Positions 1-9,319 of a stretch of 64,000 nt of DNA are shown in pieces. The stretch is from NCBI GenBank assembly GCA_037305845.1, contig CP147778.1:1728001-1792000 (forward strand), in the 5' to 3' direction. Each line of letters begins with the position of its first letter. The stretch's first letter is position 1. The translations under genes were made by a program, and so were the position numbers. Source of the DNA: Candidatus Freyarchaeum deiterrae (GTDB lineage: Archaea; Asgardarchaeota; Jordiarchaeia; Jordiarchaeales; Jordiarchaeaceae). The notes below the pieces were generated by a model. That model did not search any database, was not told the origin of the DNA, and saw only the letters and a list, made by a program, of their open reading frames with translations.

Positions 1-757
1 TTGGAAAAATAGTTGTTTGTGGGAGCTGGAATAGGTTCTGCTTAAAATAAGTTCCTAAAACCGTGAATATACCTGTGTAAACTGCTGCAATCCCCATTCC
101 TTTCAAGAGTCTGTTTTTAGCCTCCTCCACATCGCCCAATCCTTCAATTGTCCTATAAGCTGGGACAACCATCGGCCAAGGCAATTTTAACAGTTGCTCT
201 TTGAGTGGAAACATTAAAAACAAGCCAGCCACTCCCGCAAAAAGTCCTATTGTTATTAGAAGCTGTGGCGAAATTATAGTGTTGTACCATGACTGGCTGC
301 TAAAAAAGGATGCAAGATATGGATTAATGGGATAAAGAAATTGGTAAATGGGAGTAAGATTGGCATAAATGGGATTAACCAAGTAGAAAAGAGGATCATA
401 ATATTTTTGGCTAATTGTCTGAGAATAAATAACTATTGCTGGTAAGCTGGCAATCATACCACCGCCCACTAAAAGGGATCCCTGCGCAATACTAGTGACT
501 ACTACATTTTCAGCGGGATCATATTTACCCTTGATTGATAGAAGTATGTATCCAAACAATACAGTGCCTGCTACGAATGTGATTCCTGTCTTTAGGTTAA
601 TATAGATTGCAAGAAAGGCGTAGAGAGCACCTATACCACAACCGTAAATAACAGCTCTCTTTGTAATAGGCGACCGTTTAGAAGTCTCTGGAGCTTGTTC
701 AACTGGGATTTCTGGACTTGGTTCCGCTGGGGTCTCTTGTTTACGTTTTCTAGGCAA
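1..757 (-). CDS. OPT/YSL family oligopeptide transporter, 5' part (runs off window)
   Basis: Manual translation from TTG at 757: MPRKRKQ...SPITKRAVIYGCGIGALYAFLAIYINLKTGITF...ENVVVTSIA, then further hydrophobic segments. Matches the OPT N-terminal T.RA...G / Y..LK.G / EN...T pattern. Not in the ORF track. Confidence 0.8.
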   Translation of the reverse strand, partial: MPRKRKQETPAEPSPEIPVEQAPETSKRSPITKRAVIYGCGIGALYAFLAIYINLKTGITFVAGTVLFGYILLSIKGKYDPAENVVVTSIAQGSLLVGGGMIASLPAIVIYSQTISQKYYDPLFYLVNPIYANLTPIYQFLYPINPYLASFFSSQSWYNTIISPQLLITIGLFAGVAGLFLMFPLKEQLLKLPWPMVVPAYRTIEGLGDVEEAKNRLLKGMGIAAVYTGIFTVLGTYFKQNLFQLPQTTIFP

Positions 758-1003
758 TTAATTGTACCACGCAAAACTTTTGATAAAACTCTAGCTTTCA
801 TATGTCTTAAAAACTTTGTTCTTAATGCAAGAAATAGAATTCGTTGTTACTATAAAACTTGACGAATAACACCTTAGAAAACATCGAAGTAAAAGCGCAA
901 AATAAAAATAAATCTTGAAAATATAAGGTTTAAAAATAATGAGAAAGACTTTTTAATAAAAAACAACAACAATATTTCCACCAGAACTTGGAATTAAATT
1001 AAT

Positions 1004-1139
1004 GGGCCCATAGCTCAGCTTGGTTTAGAGCGTTCGACCGTAACCGGATTGATTGCGGGACGAAGCTGATAACCGAAAGACCTCAAGGGATTCTCCGAAA
1101 GGGTCGAAGCCGCGGGTCCGAATCCCGTTGGGCCCACCA
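1004..1139 (+). tRNA. tRNA-Ile(GAT) with two non-canonical introns (30/31: 1037-1064; 45/46: 1080-1108), CCA encoded
   Basis: Acceptor GGGCCCA/TGGGCCC and D stem GCTC/GAGC. Removing the two inserts gives anticodon arm TTCGG-CTGATAA-CCGAA. Both junctions form bulge-helix-bulge-like motifs. Confidence 0.9.
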
Positions 1140-1307
1140 TCCCAAAAATCTCCTGATTCTAATCCGCCTTTAAGATTATTTTAATGTGAAAATTTCGTGT
1201 GAATAGAAGAATTTTTTTAGAATACAGAAATTATCGATAGATTTAAATTAAGCTCTCTACATAAAATCCTTAACTCTATTATAGTAGCGGGAAGAGTGGC
1301 GCTAGTT

Positions 1308-1446
1308 AGCGGGATAGATGAACTCTCTATTGAGGGCTCACGTCCAAGGTAGATTAGCTCTTCGTAAAGAAGAGAAAGCCCACCCAGGAGATCCCGCAGG
1401 GCTCATAACCCTGAGATCGGTTGTTCAAATCAACCTCCCGCTACCA
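1308..1446 (+). tRNA. initiator tRNA-Met(CAT) with two introns (10/11: 1318-1347; 15/16: 1353-1383), CCA encoded
   Basis: A1-U72 acceptor AGCGGGA/TCCCGCT and anticodon arm CAGGG-CTCATAA-CCCTG with three G-C pairs. The spliced 5' end AGCGGGATAG+GGTAG+CCAGGAGATCC restores the D stem GGGT/ATCC. Confidence 0.88.
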
Positions 1447-1540
1447 TTATTCTAATTTTTCAAATTCTATGATTTCAAGAAAATTCGGCCACTAATCTCT
1501 TTATCACAAGTATCTAATAACTAAAAAGAGGAATAGTTTG

Positions 1541-2380
1541 TTACTCTGTTTTTACTCCTACGAATCGCCAGAGGGGGCATATCCATTTTAGGTATGTGTG
1601 TTTTGCGTAGAGTTCGACTAGTCCTGGGAGGTTTTTTGCTATTTTTTGTTTTATTTTTCCCGCGGGGTCTTGTGGTAGCGGGTTGTGGAAGGATTTTAGT
1701 TTTAGGCTTAGTTCTATTGAGTAGAGTTTTATTCCTTCGTTTTTGAATACACTGATCATTTTTGGGAATGTGGGTTGGAATGGTACGAAAGTTTTGCTGG
1801 CTCTCCCTGTTGCTCTTACGTATATGTCTGCTAGTTTTCGGGGTAGGAGTGATTCGAAGGGCAGGGCGTAGTGTCCGTCTCTTAGAACTATTAGGGGTGC
1901 TATTCTGTTGGGGCATGTCACGTACACTAGTCCACCGGGTTTGATTACTCTGCTTATTTCTTTAACGCATTTTTTTGCATCTTCAACGTGTTCCATTACA
2001 TCGTTTAAAGATACTATATCAAAAGTTTTGTTTTTGAAAGGCAGATCCAGTCCGCTGGCTCTTAGGAGGTATACTTTTTGGTTATTATCTTGTGCCCATG
2101 ACCGGGCTATTAGTGGGTACATTTTTTCTATGTCCATGCCCACTTGTTGTGTTCCGCTTTTGGAGAATGCTATTGATATTCCTCCCGAACCGCATCCAAG
2201 GTCTAGAAATCTTTTGCCTCTCAGATTTGTGAAATGTTTTAGGAGGTCTACTATTTCCTGTCCTCTTTCGATGCCTTTGAAGGTGTATTCTGTGTAGGGT
2301 GCGTATAGTAAGTGCGTTTGGGGAAGGAATGGGCCCACAAATTCGTCCCACAGTTCTCTGGTGGTTTTTTTACTAGACAT
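1541..2380 (-). CDS. class I SAM-dependent methyltransferase (tandem paralog 1)
   Basis: LDLGCGSGG SAM motif, LPFxxxxFD, DVMEHV. Confidence 0.85.
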   Translation of the reverse strand: MSSKKTTRELWDEFVGPFLPQTHLLYAPYTEYTFKGIERGQEIVDLLKHFTNLRGKRFLDLGCGSGGISIAFSKSGTQQVGMDIEKMYPLIARSWAQDNNQKVYLLRASGLDLPFKNKTFDIVSLNDVMEHVEDAKKCVKEISRVIKPGGLVYVTCPNRIAPLIVLRDGHYALPFESLLPRKLADIYVRATGRASKTFVPFQPTFPKMISVFKNEGIKLYSIELSLKLKSFHNPLPQDPAGKIKQKIAKNLPGLVELYAKHTYLKWICPLWRFVGVKTE

Positions 2381-2549
2381 TTTTTTCCTCGCCTGAAGGT
2401 AGTACCACTTTACGTTAAAACGACTGACTTTAAAGTTTTCCTTATTCTACATGTTTCAGTGATAAAATTAGTTAATAATACAAATTTGGGAATAAATGAG
2501 TAGATTGAGAGTGTTTACATCCTTTTTCCGGCTTTTGTAATTTTAGCTA

Positions 2550-3365
2550 TTATTGGGAGTCCTTATTTTTCTTTCCAATGAATATCCAGAAGGGGCTTAT
2601 CCATTTCAAGTATAAGTGTTTGCTGTAAAAATTTATGAGGCCGGGGAACTTTTCATATAGCGAAGATTTTTTAAATTCGTTGATCTTGTTTTCGAGTTCA
2701 AATGAGTAGAGTTTTATTCCTGCTTTTTTGAACATTTTAATCAGTTTTGAGTATGTTGGTAAGAATATTACCTCTGTTTTTTCTCCTCTGTTAGTTGCTC
2801 TTACGTATATGTCTGCTAGTTTTCTTGGTAGTAACACTATTAGTGGTAAGAAGTAATGGCTGTCTTCCCATATGTGTCTGGGCGACATCTTGTTTGGACA
2901 AGTTATGTAAAGCATTCCGTCTTTTTGGAGTAAGCGAGATACTTCTTTTACAAGATTCTCTGGTCTTTCTAGATGTTCGATGACGTCGCTACAGATTATC
3001 ACATCAAATGATTTATCTTTGAAGGGCATCTCTTCTCCGCTTGCGAGCATCTGGTTAAGTTTTACTCCATTTTCTTCCGCCCATTTTTGTGAAACAGTAG
3101 TATACTTCTGTCCTGTGTCGAAATTGACCGTTTCTATACCGTTTTTGGCAAATGCGATGGATATTCCTCCAGAGCCTGAGCCCACGTCTAGAACACGCTT
3201 TCCTTTTAACTGTTTGAACTTTTTGAGCGTGTCAATTAGCCATTGCCCTCTCTCTATTCCCATGAAAGTATATTTTAAGTATAGCTCGTAGAGCCTATAT
3301 GACCCCAGAACCCTTGGTGCTATGAGTTCTTTCCAGAGTTCTTGGGCTGTCTTTTTATGAGCCAT
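2550..3365 (-). CDS. class I SAM-dependent methyltransferase (tandem paralog 2)
   Basis: LDVGSGSGG, MPFKDKSFD, DVIEHL; colinear with the neighbouring paralog. Confidence 0.85.
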   Translation of the reverse strand: MAHKKTAQELWKELIAPRVLGSYRLYELYLKYTFMGIERGQWLIDTLKKFKQLKGKRVLDVGSGSGGISIAFAKNGIETVNFDTGQKYTTVSQKWAEENGVKLNQMLASGEEMPFKDKSFDVIICSDVIEHLERPENLVKEVSRLLQKDGMLYITCPNKMSPRHIWEDSHYFLPLIVLLPRKLADIYVRATNRGEKTEVIFLPTYSKLIKMFKKAGIKLYSFELENKINEFKKSSLYEKFPGLINFYSKHLYLKWISPFWIFIGKKNKDSQ

Positions 3366-3496
3366 AATAACTCCTCATCTGAAAGTATTTCGAATTAAAG
3401 CTCAGAAGCTAATAAATTTTTGGTATTAAAAAAAGGCTTGGTGTCGATATTTGAAGCTCATAGACTTTTCGTTTTCTTGGTATTACTACTTGTTTT

Positions 3497-5047
3497 TTAA
3501 CCGTATAGACTTTGGTTTCGATAATTTTCGGGTTGGTCGCTTTTATTCGAAGTTTGTTGGGAAAGTGATAATCCTTTTTCTAGGGCTGTTTCAAGGGAGC
3601 CGAATTCTCTCTTTATCTGCTCTTCTACTGGTGCACATAGTTTTATAGCTTGGCTCATATGTGTGCGCTCTATGAGTGGGCTTTCAACTTCCAGTGTGAG
3701 GTCTCCCGCCATTCTTATGACTCCTCCAAGGTCTCTGAGTCTAAGAGTTAAAGCGTCCTTTTTACCATCAATTGTTTGCGCTCTCCTTTTTGCTTCCTGA
3801 ATTAGTTCTTGTATTGCTTCTCTCGCTACATGCGGGATTCGGCCGTCTGCGGCAACCTCTTGTGCGACAAACTGAGCAATTCTAGCTCTGTTTTCGGGGG
3901 TGTCAAGCATTGTTGAATTCAATAATACCTCGTATCCGTTACCCTGAATTCTGGATCGAAGGGCTGAAAGCACTAACATTAGGTCGTTTATCATTACCGC
4001 CCCAACAAAAATAAAATCACAGGGGACGGAATCAACTCTAACGCTTGAGCCGCTGCTCTGCGGGTTTCTCCCACTGATACCCAATTTTTTATCTTGCATA
4101 GCTGTTAGAAGGAATGTTTGTAGATGTCTTAACTGGGGTAATTCATCAATATACAAGACCCCTTCATGCGCCTCGTGAATTAATCCCGGTACAACTCTAG
4201 TATACGGCGGTGTACCAAGTTCCGGATGATTACCATATGGGTCATGTTTTACATCACCTAAGAGTTCTGTTTCGCTGGCACCAGTTGCTTGTAGAAACGT
4301 TTTCCTCTTTAAGGGAACAAGAACTTTACTAGGCCTGCTCCTTTCCATCTCTCTAAGTTCCTCGAGAGCGGTTTGATTCAAAATTCGCACCGAAGGTTTC
4401 AACGGGTCGGAATCTATCTGCTCATAAACTGTAACCTCTTGCTTTCCATTTACTCTCTTAATGTACGGCACGATTCTGTTTGTCTTATTTTGTCTCTTGG
4501 ACGAATTGAACATTTCAGTCTCAAACAAGTCTCGAAAGGGTGATGTTGCTTTTATATCATCATAAACTTCTTTTCCTTCGCCACATCCTTTACATCTCTT
4601 CTCAGAAGAAGGGCTCAATGTACCGCATTTTTTGCATTTAAACCCAAGCTTTATAGCTACTTCAGGAGGAATCTTATCCGGTTGAACAAGTTCCCCGATA
4701 TCTCTCCCTCTATCCGTCTCCCCGTCTACTCTTGTTTCTACAAATGGTCTCTCCGGATTCTTGGGATTATCCACAATGCATATTTCTTCTTTGGGCGGGG
4801 GAAGCAAAAACGCCATCGCCTGAGCTATCATAGACTTTCCGACACCCGGATGACCAACCAGCAGTAGGTGTCTCCTTTGCCGTACAGCTAGTTTAGCCAT
4901 TTTAACCGCATGATCCTGCCCTATTACCCTGTCCAGAGGATTTTGAGGTATTGCAATGTCCTCAGTAGTTTCAAGTTCTTCTATAAAGAACCCTAAAACC
5001 GGATTTAATAAGGAGTTATGAGTATCTGTCAATTCACGGCACCTCAA
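3497..5047 (-). CDS. LonB-type AAA+ ATPase with a Zn-ribbon insert and no protease domain
   Basis: LDRVIGQDHA, Walker A GHPGVGKS, LLGDVKHDPY, HEAHEGVLYIDE, LTLRLRDLGG. Ends before any Ser-Lys Lon_C domain. CKKC/CKGC insert. Confidence 0.85.
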   Translation of the reverse strand: MRCRELTDTHNSLLNPVLGFFIEELETTEDIAIPQNPLDRVIGQDHAVKMAKLAVRQRRHLLLVGHPGVGKSMIAQAMAFLLPPPKEEICIVDNPKNPERPFVETRVDGETDRGRDIGELVQPDKIPPEVAIKLGFKCKKCGTLSPSSEKRCKGCGEGKEVYDDIKATSPFRDLFETEMFNSSKRQNKTNRIVPYIKRVNGKQEVTVYEQIDSDPLKPSVRILNQTALEELREMERSRPSKVLVPLKRKTFLQATGASETELLGDVKHDPYGNHPELGTPPYTRVVPGLIHEAHEGVLYIDELPQLRHLQTFLLTAMQDKKLGISGRNPQSSGSSVRVDSVPCDFIFVGAVMINDLMLVLSALRSRIQGNGYEVLLNSTMLDTPENRARIAQFVAQEVAADGRIPHVAREAIQELIQEAKRRAQTIDGKKDALTLRLRDLGGVIRMAGDLTLEVESPLIERTHMSQAIKLCAPVEEQIKREFGSLETALEKGLSLSQQTSNKSDQPENYRNQSLYG

Positions 5048-5134
5048 CTAGGTAACAAAAAAATCAATTCTAAGATAGATAAAGTCAAGTATTCTCCTTG
5101 TGATATAGAAAGAGTCAATTATCTTTTATTATGC

Positions 5135-5731
5135 TCAAATTGATACTTGAGACACTTGGTAATAAGTTACTTCACCATGCCTATTAACGACGGCCATTTG
5201 GAGCTTCTTTCTAGTTGAAACAGCCATTTTTGTAACTCTATCCAAGTCATCTAAACCTATGGGGGCGCCTTCTCTTACAATGTAAATGAGGCTTTTTGAA
5301 GTATCTGTTCCGAGTTTCGCGCCTCTGGGGTATAGTCTGAAGTCTATGTTTCCCCCGTATCCCGCCCTGACGATATATCCTCGTGATCTTAAATCTCTAT
5401 AAACCAGATACTTTAACCAAAGGTCGGGGTTTGTCTTCATAAAAATCTTGGTAAGGGTCTGAAAATTTAAACTTTCATTATTATCGTTAAATACTTCTAA
5501 TCTGTTCCTTTCTACGAGAAGTAGGGCTTCCTCTGAAGATAATTTTAGTGTTCCTTCTTCCTGGATTTCTCCATAAAAGCCTTTTTCATAAACTTTCTGT
5601 GCATCCTCAGAATTGACTATTACGGTATCCTCTATAAGGTGAGCTGTGGACTTTTCTTCAACTTCCTCCTCCTCTCCTTCTTCTACTTCTTCTTCCTCTT
5701 CTATTTCATTTTTTTCATTCATTAACTCCAC
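5135..5731 (-). CDS. endA: tRNA-splicing endonuclease subunit, probably the structural (non-catalytic) subunit
   Basis: LSSEEALLL, KYLVYRDLRSRGY, DFRLY, G.VTYY. The usual KFG motif and catalytic His are not seen. Confidence 0.8.
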   Translation of the reverse strand: MELMNEKNEIEEEEEVEEGEEEEVEEKSTAHLIEDTVIVNSEDAQKVYEKGFYGEIQEEGTLKLSSEEALLLVERNRLEVFNDNNESLNFQTLTKIFMKTNPDLWLKYLVYRDLRSRGYIVRAGYGGNIDFRLYPRGAKLGTDTSKSLIYIVREGAPIGLDDLDRVTKMAVSTRKKLQMAVVNRHGEVTYYQVSQVSI

Positions 5732-5749
5732 CAGACTTTTATTATATAG

Positions 5750-6295
5750 ATGCTAGTAATTTTGTGTCTACTGATTCCTTATTGGTGTACACGTATGGTG
5801 TATGATAAATTAGAGGATACGCTTAAAAAATTTCTGAATAAGCCTAGGAAGATTGTATTACTGGGTGTTGGAAGCGAATTTCATGGTGACGATTACGTTG
5901 GAGTGGAAATCTGTAAAAGGTTAAAAAGCAAAATCTCTAAAAAAGTCTCTATTATTGATGCTGGCGTTTCTCCAGAAAATTTTGCGGGCAAATTACGCAA
6001 AATTAATCCCTCGCATATAATTATATTTGATGCCGCTGATATGAATTTGGAACCGGGAACAGTGAAATTAATCAATTCATCCGAAATTGGAGGGCTGTCT
6101 ATTTCAACCCATCATCTCCCTCTAAGTTTATTCATAGAATATCTTGAAAAAACCATAAACTCCTCTGTAATCCTTATTGGTGTTCAGCCTAAATCCATCG
6201 AGTTTAGCGAATCACTATCTCCTGAACTAGAAAAAGCTGTACAAAAACTCTCTAGTATTCTTGAAAAGGTTCTGGGTGAAATTTTCACAAACTAA
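5750..6295 (+). CDS. hycI: hydrogenase maturation protease (HycI-like); true start probably ~5795
   Basis: LGVGSEFHGDDYVG, PEN, DAADM, STHHLPL. Confidence 0.85.
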   Translation: MLVILCLLIPYWCTRMVYDKLEDTLKKFLNKPRKIVLLGVGSEFHGDDYVGVEICKRLKSKISKKVSIIDAGVSPENFAGKLRKINPSHIIIFDAADMNLEPGTVKLINSSEIGGLSISTHHLPLSLFIEYLEKTINSSVILIGVQPKSIEFSESLSPELEKAVQKLSSILEKVLGEIFTN

Positions 6296-6364
6296 TATAA
6301 AAAAGATAGTACTAAATGTCTTAGCATTACCCAGTTTATTAATTAGAAATAAAAACTATTAAGA

Positions 6365-6937
6365 TTGGAGGCTCAACCATTGGAAAGTATTCGAGCTTTC
6401 ATCGCGGTAGAAATTAAGGATAATACTTTAATTCAAAAAATTCTTGATATTCAAAAAGAATTTTCGCAAACAAGCGCAAACCTTAAACTTGTGGAACCAG
6501 AAAACATCCACTTTTCACTCAGATTTCTTGGCAATATTAGCTCAGCAATGGTCGATAAAATTTACGAAGCCATGAAAAGTGTTAAATTTAGCCCTTTCGA
6601 ATTAGAACTCTACGGTGTAGGTTGCTTTCCCAGTTTATCTAGAATAAACAATGTTTGGATTGGAACTAGAAAAGGTAAAGAAGAGATCACCCGAATATAT
6701 GACGAGTTAGAAGAGCAAATTATAAAGCTCAAATTTAAACCCGAGGGGAGAGGGTACACTCCACATGCAACTATTGCAAGAGTGAAAAGCGCTTACAACA
6801 AGGATAAGTTGGCTAAAATAATTTCCAAATTTTCATCTTTAGAAATCGGCTCGATGACAGTAAACACTGTGCAATTAAAGGAAAGTAAATTAACACCAAA
6901 AGGACCAATATATAGTACCTTGAGAAGCGCACCTTGA
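6365..6937 (+). CDS. thpR: RNA 2',3'-cyclic phosphodiesterase (2H family, 2'-5' RNA ligase)
   Basis: RAFIAVE and two HxS/T motifs (HFSL, HATI). Confidence 0.9.
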   Translation: MEAQPLESIRAFIAVEIKDNTLIQKILDIQKEFSQTSANLKLVEPENIHFSLRFLGNISSAMVDKIYEAMKSVKFSPFELELYGVGCFPSLSRINNVWIGTRKGKEEITRIYDELEEQIIKLKFKPEGRGYTPHATIARVKSAYNKDKLAKIISKFSSLEIGSMTVNTVQLKESKLTPKGPIYSTLRSAP

Positions 6938-6987
6938 AAAATTTAGAACTTTTCGATTTAAAATATTTATTTTTTGGGGATTGAACT

Positions 6988-8394
6988 TTGGATCTCAGGA
7001 TGCTGTGTGAAGAGGTATCCCAGAAAATCACTCCTTCTGAAGAAGATAAAAGGAAAGTCCAGAATTTATCCAAAGATCTTATTAGACGAATAGAGGAGGA
7101 AGCAGCTAAACTAAAGATCAATGTTAACCCCGCACTTGTGGGTTCGATTGCAAAGGACACCTGGATAAAAACAAATCCCGAAATCGACATCTTTATTGTC
7201 TTCCCAAGATCCTACACCAAAGAAGAAATCGGAGAACTGGGATTAAAAATTGCAAGAAAAATAACCGGAGATAAAGGCAAAGAACAATACGCCGAACACC
7301 CTTATTTACGAGCCGAAGTAGAAGGTTTCCAAGTAGACTTTGTCCCCAGCTTTGAAATCAGCAACGCTACGGAACGCATCTCCGCCGTTGACAGGACACC
7401 ACTTCATACATCATACATCAAAAAAAATCTCGACGAATCTTTGAAAAAAGAAGTTAGGCTTTTGAAACAATTCCTAATGGGAATAAACGCTTACGGCGCC
7501 GAAATCAAAGTCGGAGGATTCTCCGGCTACCTATGCGAACTCTTGCTGGTTAAATACCCCTCCTTCCAGAATCTCCTCGAAGCCTGCATCAAATGGAAAT
7601 CACGACACATAATCGATATAGAACACCATTACGCTGAAGAAAAAGAAATCCAAAAAATTTTTTCGGAACCTCTCGTTGTAATAGATCCAGTAGATCCTAA
7701 GAGAAACGTTTCAGCAGCATTAACTAATCAAAAAATCGGAGAATTCAAAGCAGCAGCGAAAGCATTCCTTGAAGCACCCAGTGAAAACTTTTTCTTCCCA
7801 AGACAAATTACTCCCTTCAAACCTGAAGAACTTCAAAACCTTATTCAAACAAAAGGAACAGACACCTTATTCCTCGTATTCGAAACACCAAACATACCCC
7901 CTGACACCTTATGGGGGCAACTATACAAATCTCAGGATGCTATTAAAAACTTTTTAGAATCCGAAGATTTCAAGATAACTAACGAGGGAGTTTGGTCCCA
8001 AGAAGAAAAAACCATTTTAGTGTTCGAATTTGAGAGCGCAATAATTTCTAAAACATACAGGCACTTGGGCCCTCCTACTGGAAGTGTGGGGCAAAAACCT
8101 TTCATAAAAAAATACATTAAATCGGAAAAGAGCATATCCGGCCCGAGAATAGAAGATGGAAGATGGGTAGTTGAACTCCCACGTAAATACACCAAAGCTG
8201 ATAAACTGGTGGATTATGAAATACGTAACAAATTAAACAGTCTGGGTCTCGGAAAATACATCGCAAATAAAATCTCGGAACATTTCGACCTCTTTCTAAA
8301 CGTGGAAATCTCCAATATCTACAGTAAAAACCCTGATTTCGCTAAATTTCTAACAAAATATTATTCAGGGAAGCCCAGTTGGCTGCCAACCTGA
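6988..8394 (+). CDS. cca: CCA tRNA nucleotidyltransferase (class I)
   Basis: GSIAKDTW..EIDIF, YAEHPY, SAVDRTPLH, GGFSGYLCELL, IDPVDPKRNV. Confidence 0.95.
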   Translation: MDLRMLCEEVSQKITPSEEDKRKVQNLSKDLIRRIEEEAAKLKINVNPALVGSIAKDTWIKTNPEIDIFIVFPRSYTKEEIGELGLKIARKITGDKGKEQYAEHPYLRAEVEGFQVDFVPSFEISNATERISAVDRTPLHTSYIKKNLDESLKKEVRLLKQFLMGINAYGAEIKVGGFSGYLCELLLVKYPSFQNLLEACIKWKSRHIIDIEHHYAEEKEIQKIFSEPLVVIDPVDPKRNVSAALTNQKIGEFKAAAKAFLEAPSENFFFPRQITPFKPEELQNLIQTKGTDTLFLVFETPNIPPDTLWGQLYKSQDAIKNFLESEDFKITNEGVWSQEEKTILVFEFESAIISKTYRHLGPPTGSVGQKPFIKKYIKSEKSISGPRIEDGRWVVELPRKYTKADKLVDYEIRNKLNSLGLGKYIANKISEHFDLFLNVEISNIYSKNPDFAKFLTKYYSGKPSWLPT

Positions 8395-8550
8395 AACATC
8401 TTCAACACTCTTGACCAAATCCAGAATCCATAAAAATAGTTCATAAAATAATAGAAAAAAATGAAAAATTTAATTTTTCTCAGCAGCAACCGATCAAGGT
8501 AACCTCAAAAGTACTCGCCTTTTACTAAACTCGGAATCGCAGTAAATACT

Positions 8551-8889
8551 CTAAATAACCGAAGAGGGTCTCACCAACAATAACGGCTCGGAGTCAACTT
8601 TGAAGCCAAACCTTTCGTACCAAGGAATAAGCGAGTCGAAGGTCCTTACACGAATACTTCTCATTGAGTGATCCTCAACTATTCTTTGAAGCATCGAACT
8701 TCCGATACCTTCTCCTCTGTAACTGCGGTCAACATTAATGACCTTTATCTCAGCGCTATCATCCTTCTGGTAAACGACTCCGTATCCAATAACTCCGATT
8801 CCATAGATATCGTAAACAAGGTACTCGTATTTTCGGTACTCGCCGGTCTGCTCGATCTCGCAAAGTATCTCTGGAGGCACTGAAGTCAC
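8551..8889 (-). CDS. GNAT family N-acetyltransferase
   Basis: V...YRGEGIGS acetyl-CoA motif and WYERFGF. Confidence 0.8.
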   Translation of the reverse strand: MTSVPPEILCEIEQTGEYRKYEYLVYDIYGIGVIGYGVVYQKDDSAEIKVINVDRSYRGEGIGSSMLQRIVEDHSMRSIRVRTFDSLIPWYERFGFKVDSEPLLLVRPSSVI

Positions 8890-9319
8890 TGAAATTCCTC
8901 CGATGCACTAGATATAGATGTAGTTCAAGAACCAACCGCGGTATTAAAATTTTTTCGGAACTCCCTCAACCATAAATGAAACAACTATTTTTAAAACAAT
9001 ATAAAATCTCCAAATTTTACTAACCGCGGTAATATCATAAAAAGTACCCAATTCCCCTCTATGCGCTCCAATTCTAACACTACTTGAACAGAAATCAAAT
9101 GAGTAAAACATAAATCTAGATTCTTAATAATGTCTAAAGCACACAAAAATTTAGCAAATTAAGGTAATAATTGATTTGAACATCCTTCTAGGATTTAGAT
9201 ACAATATAATGAATTTTAGAACTCTAAGAACATTTATAAATGGTATTACGTTTCTCAAGCATCTTAGAAGGCGTTATCGCTTAGATTACTAAGATACTCA
9301 ACGCTTTTGAGGTGTTAGT

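Noticed and set aside
1286-1307. Second AGCGGGA just upstream of tRNA-iMet, considered as a third intron or alternative 5' exon
   Set aside because: The only BHB-like register (AGCG/CGCT) does not yield a valid acceptor stem after splicing, so it is treated as leader sequence.
1521-1916. Alternative-frame and antisense ORFs in the track (e.g. 1521-1916, 12808-13401, 20788-21183, 25362-26036, 54105-54479)
   Set aside because: They overlap well-supported genes and show no motifs; they are shadows of biased codon usage.
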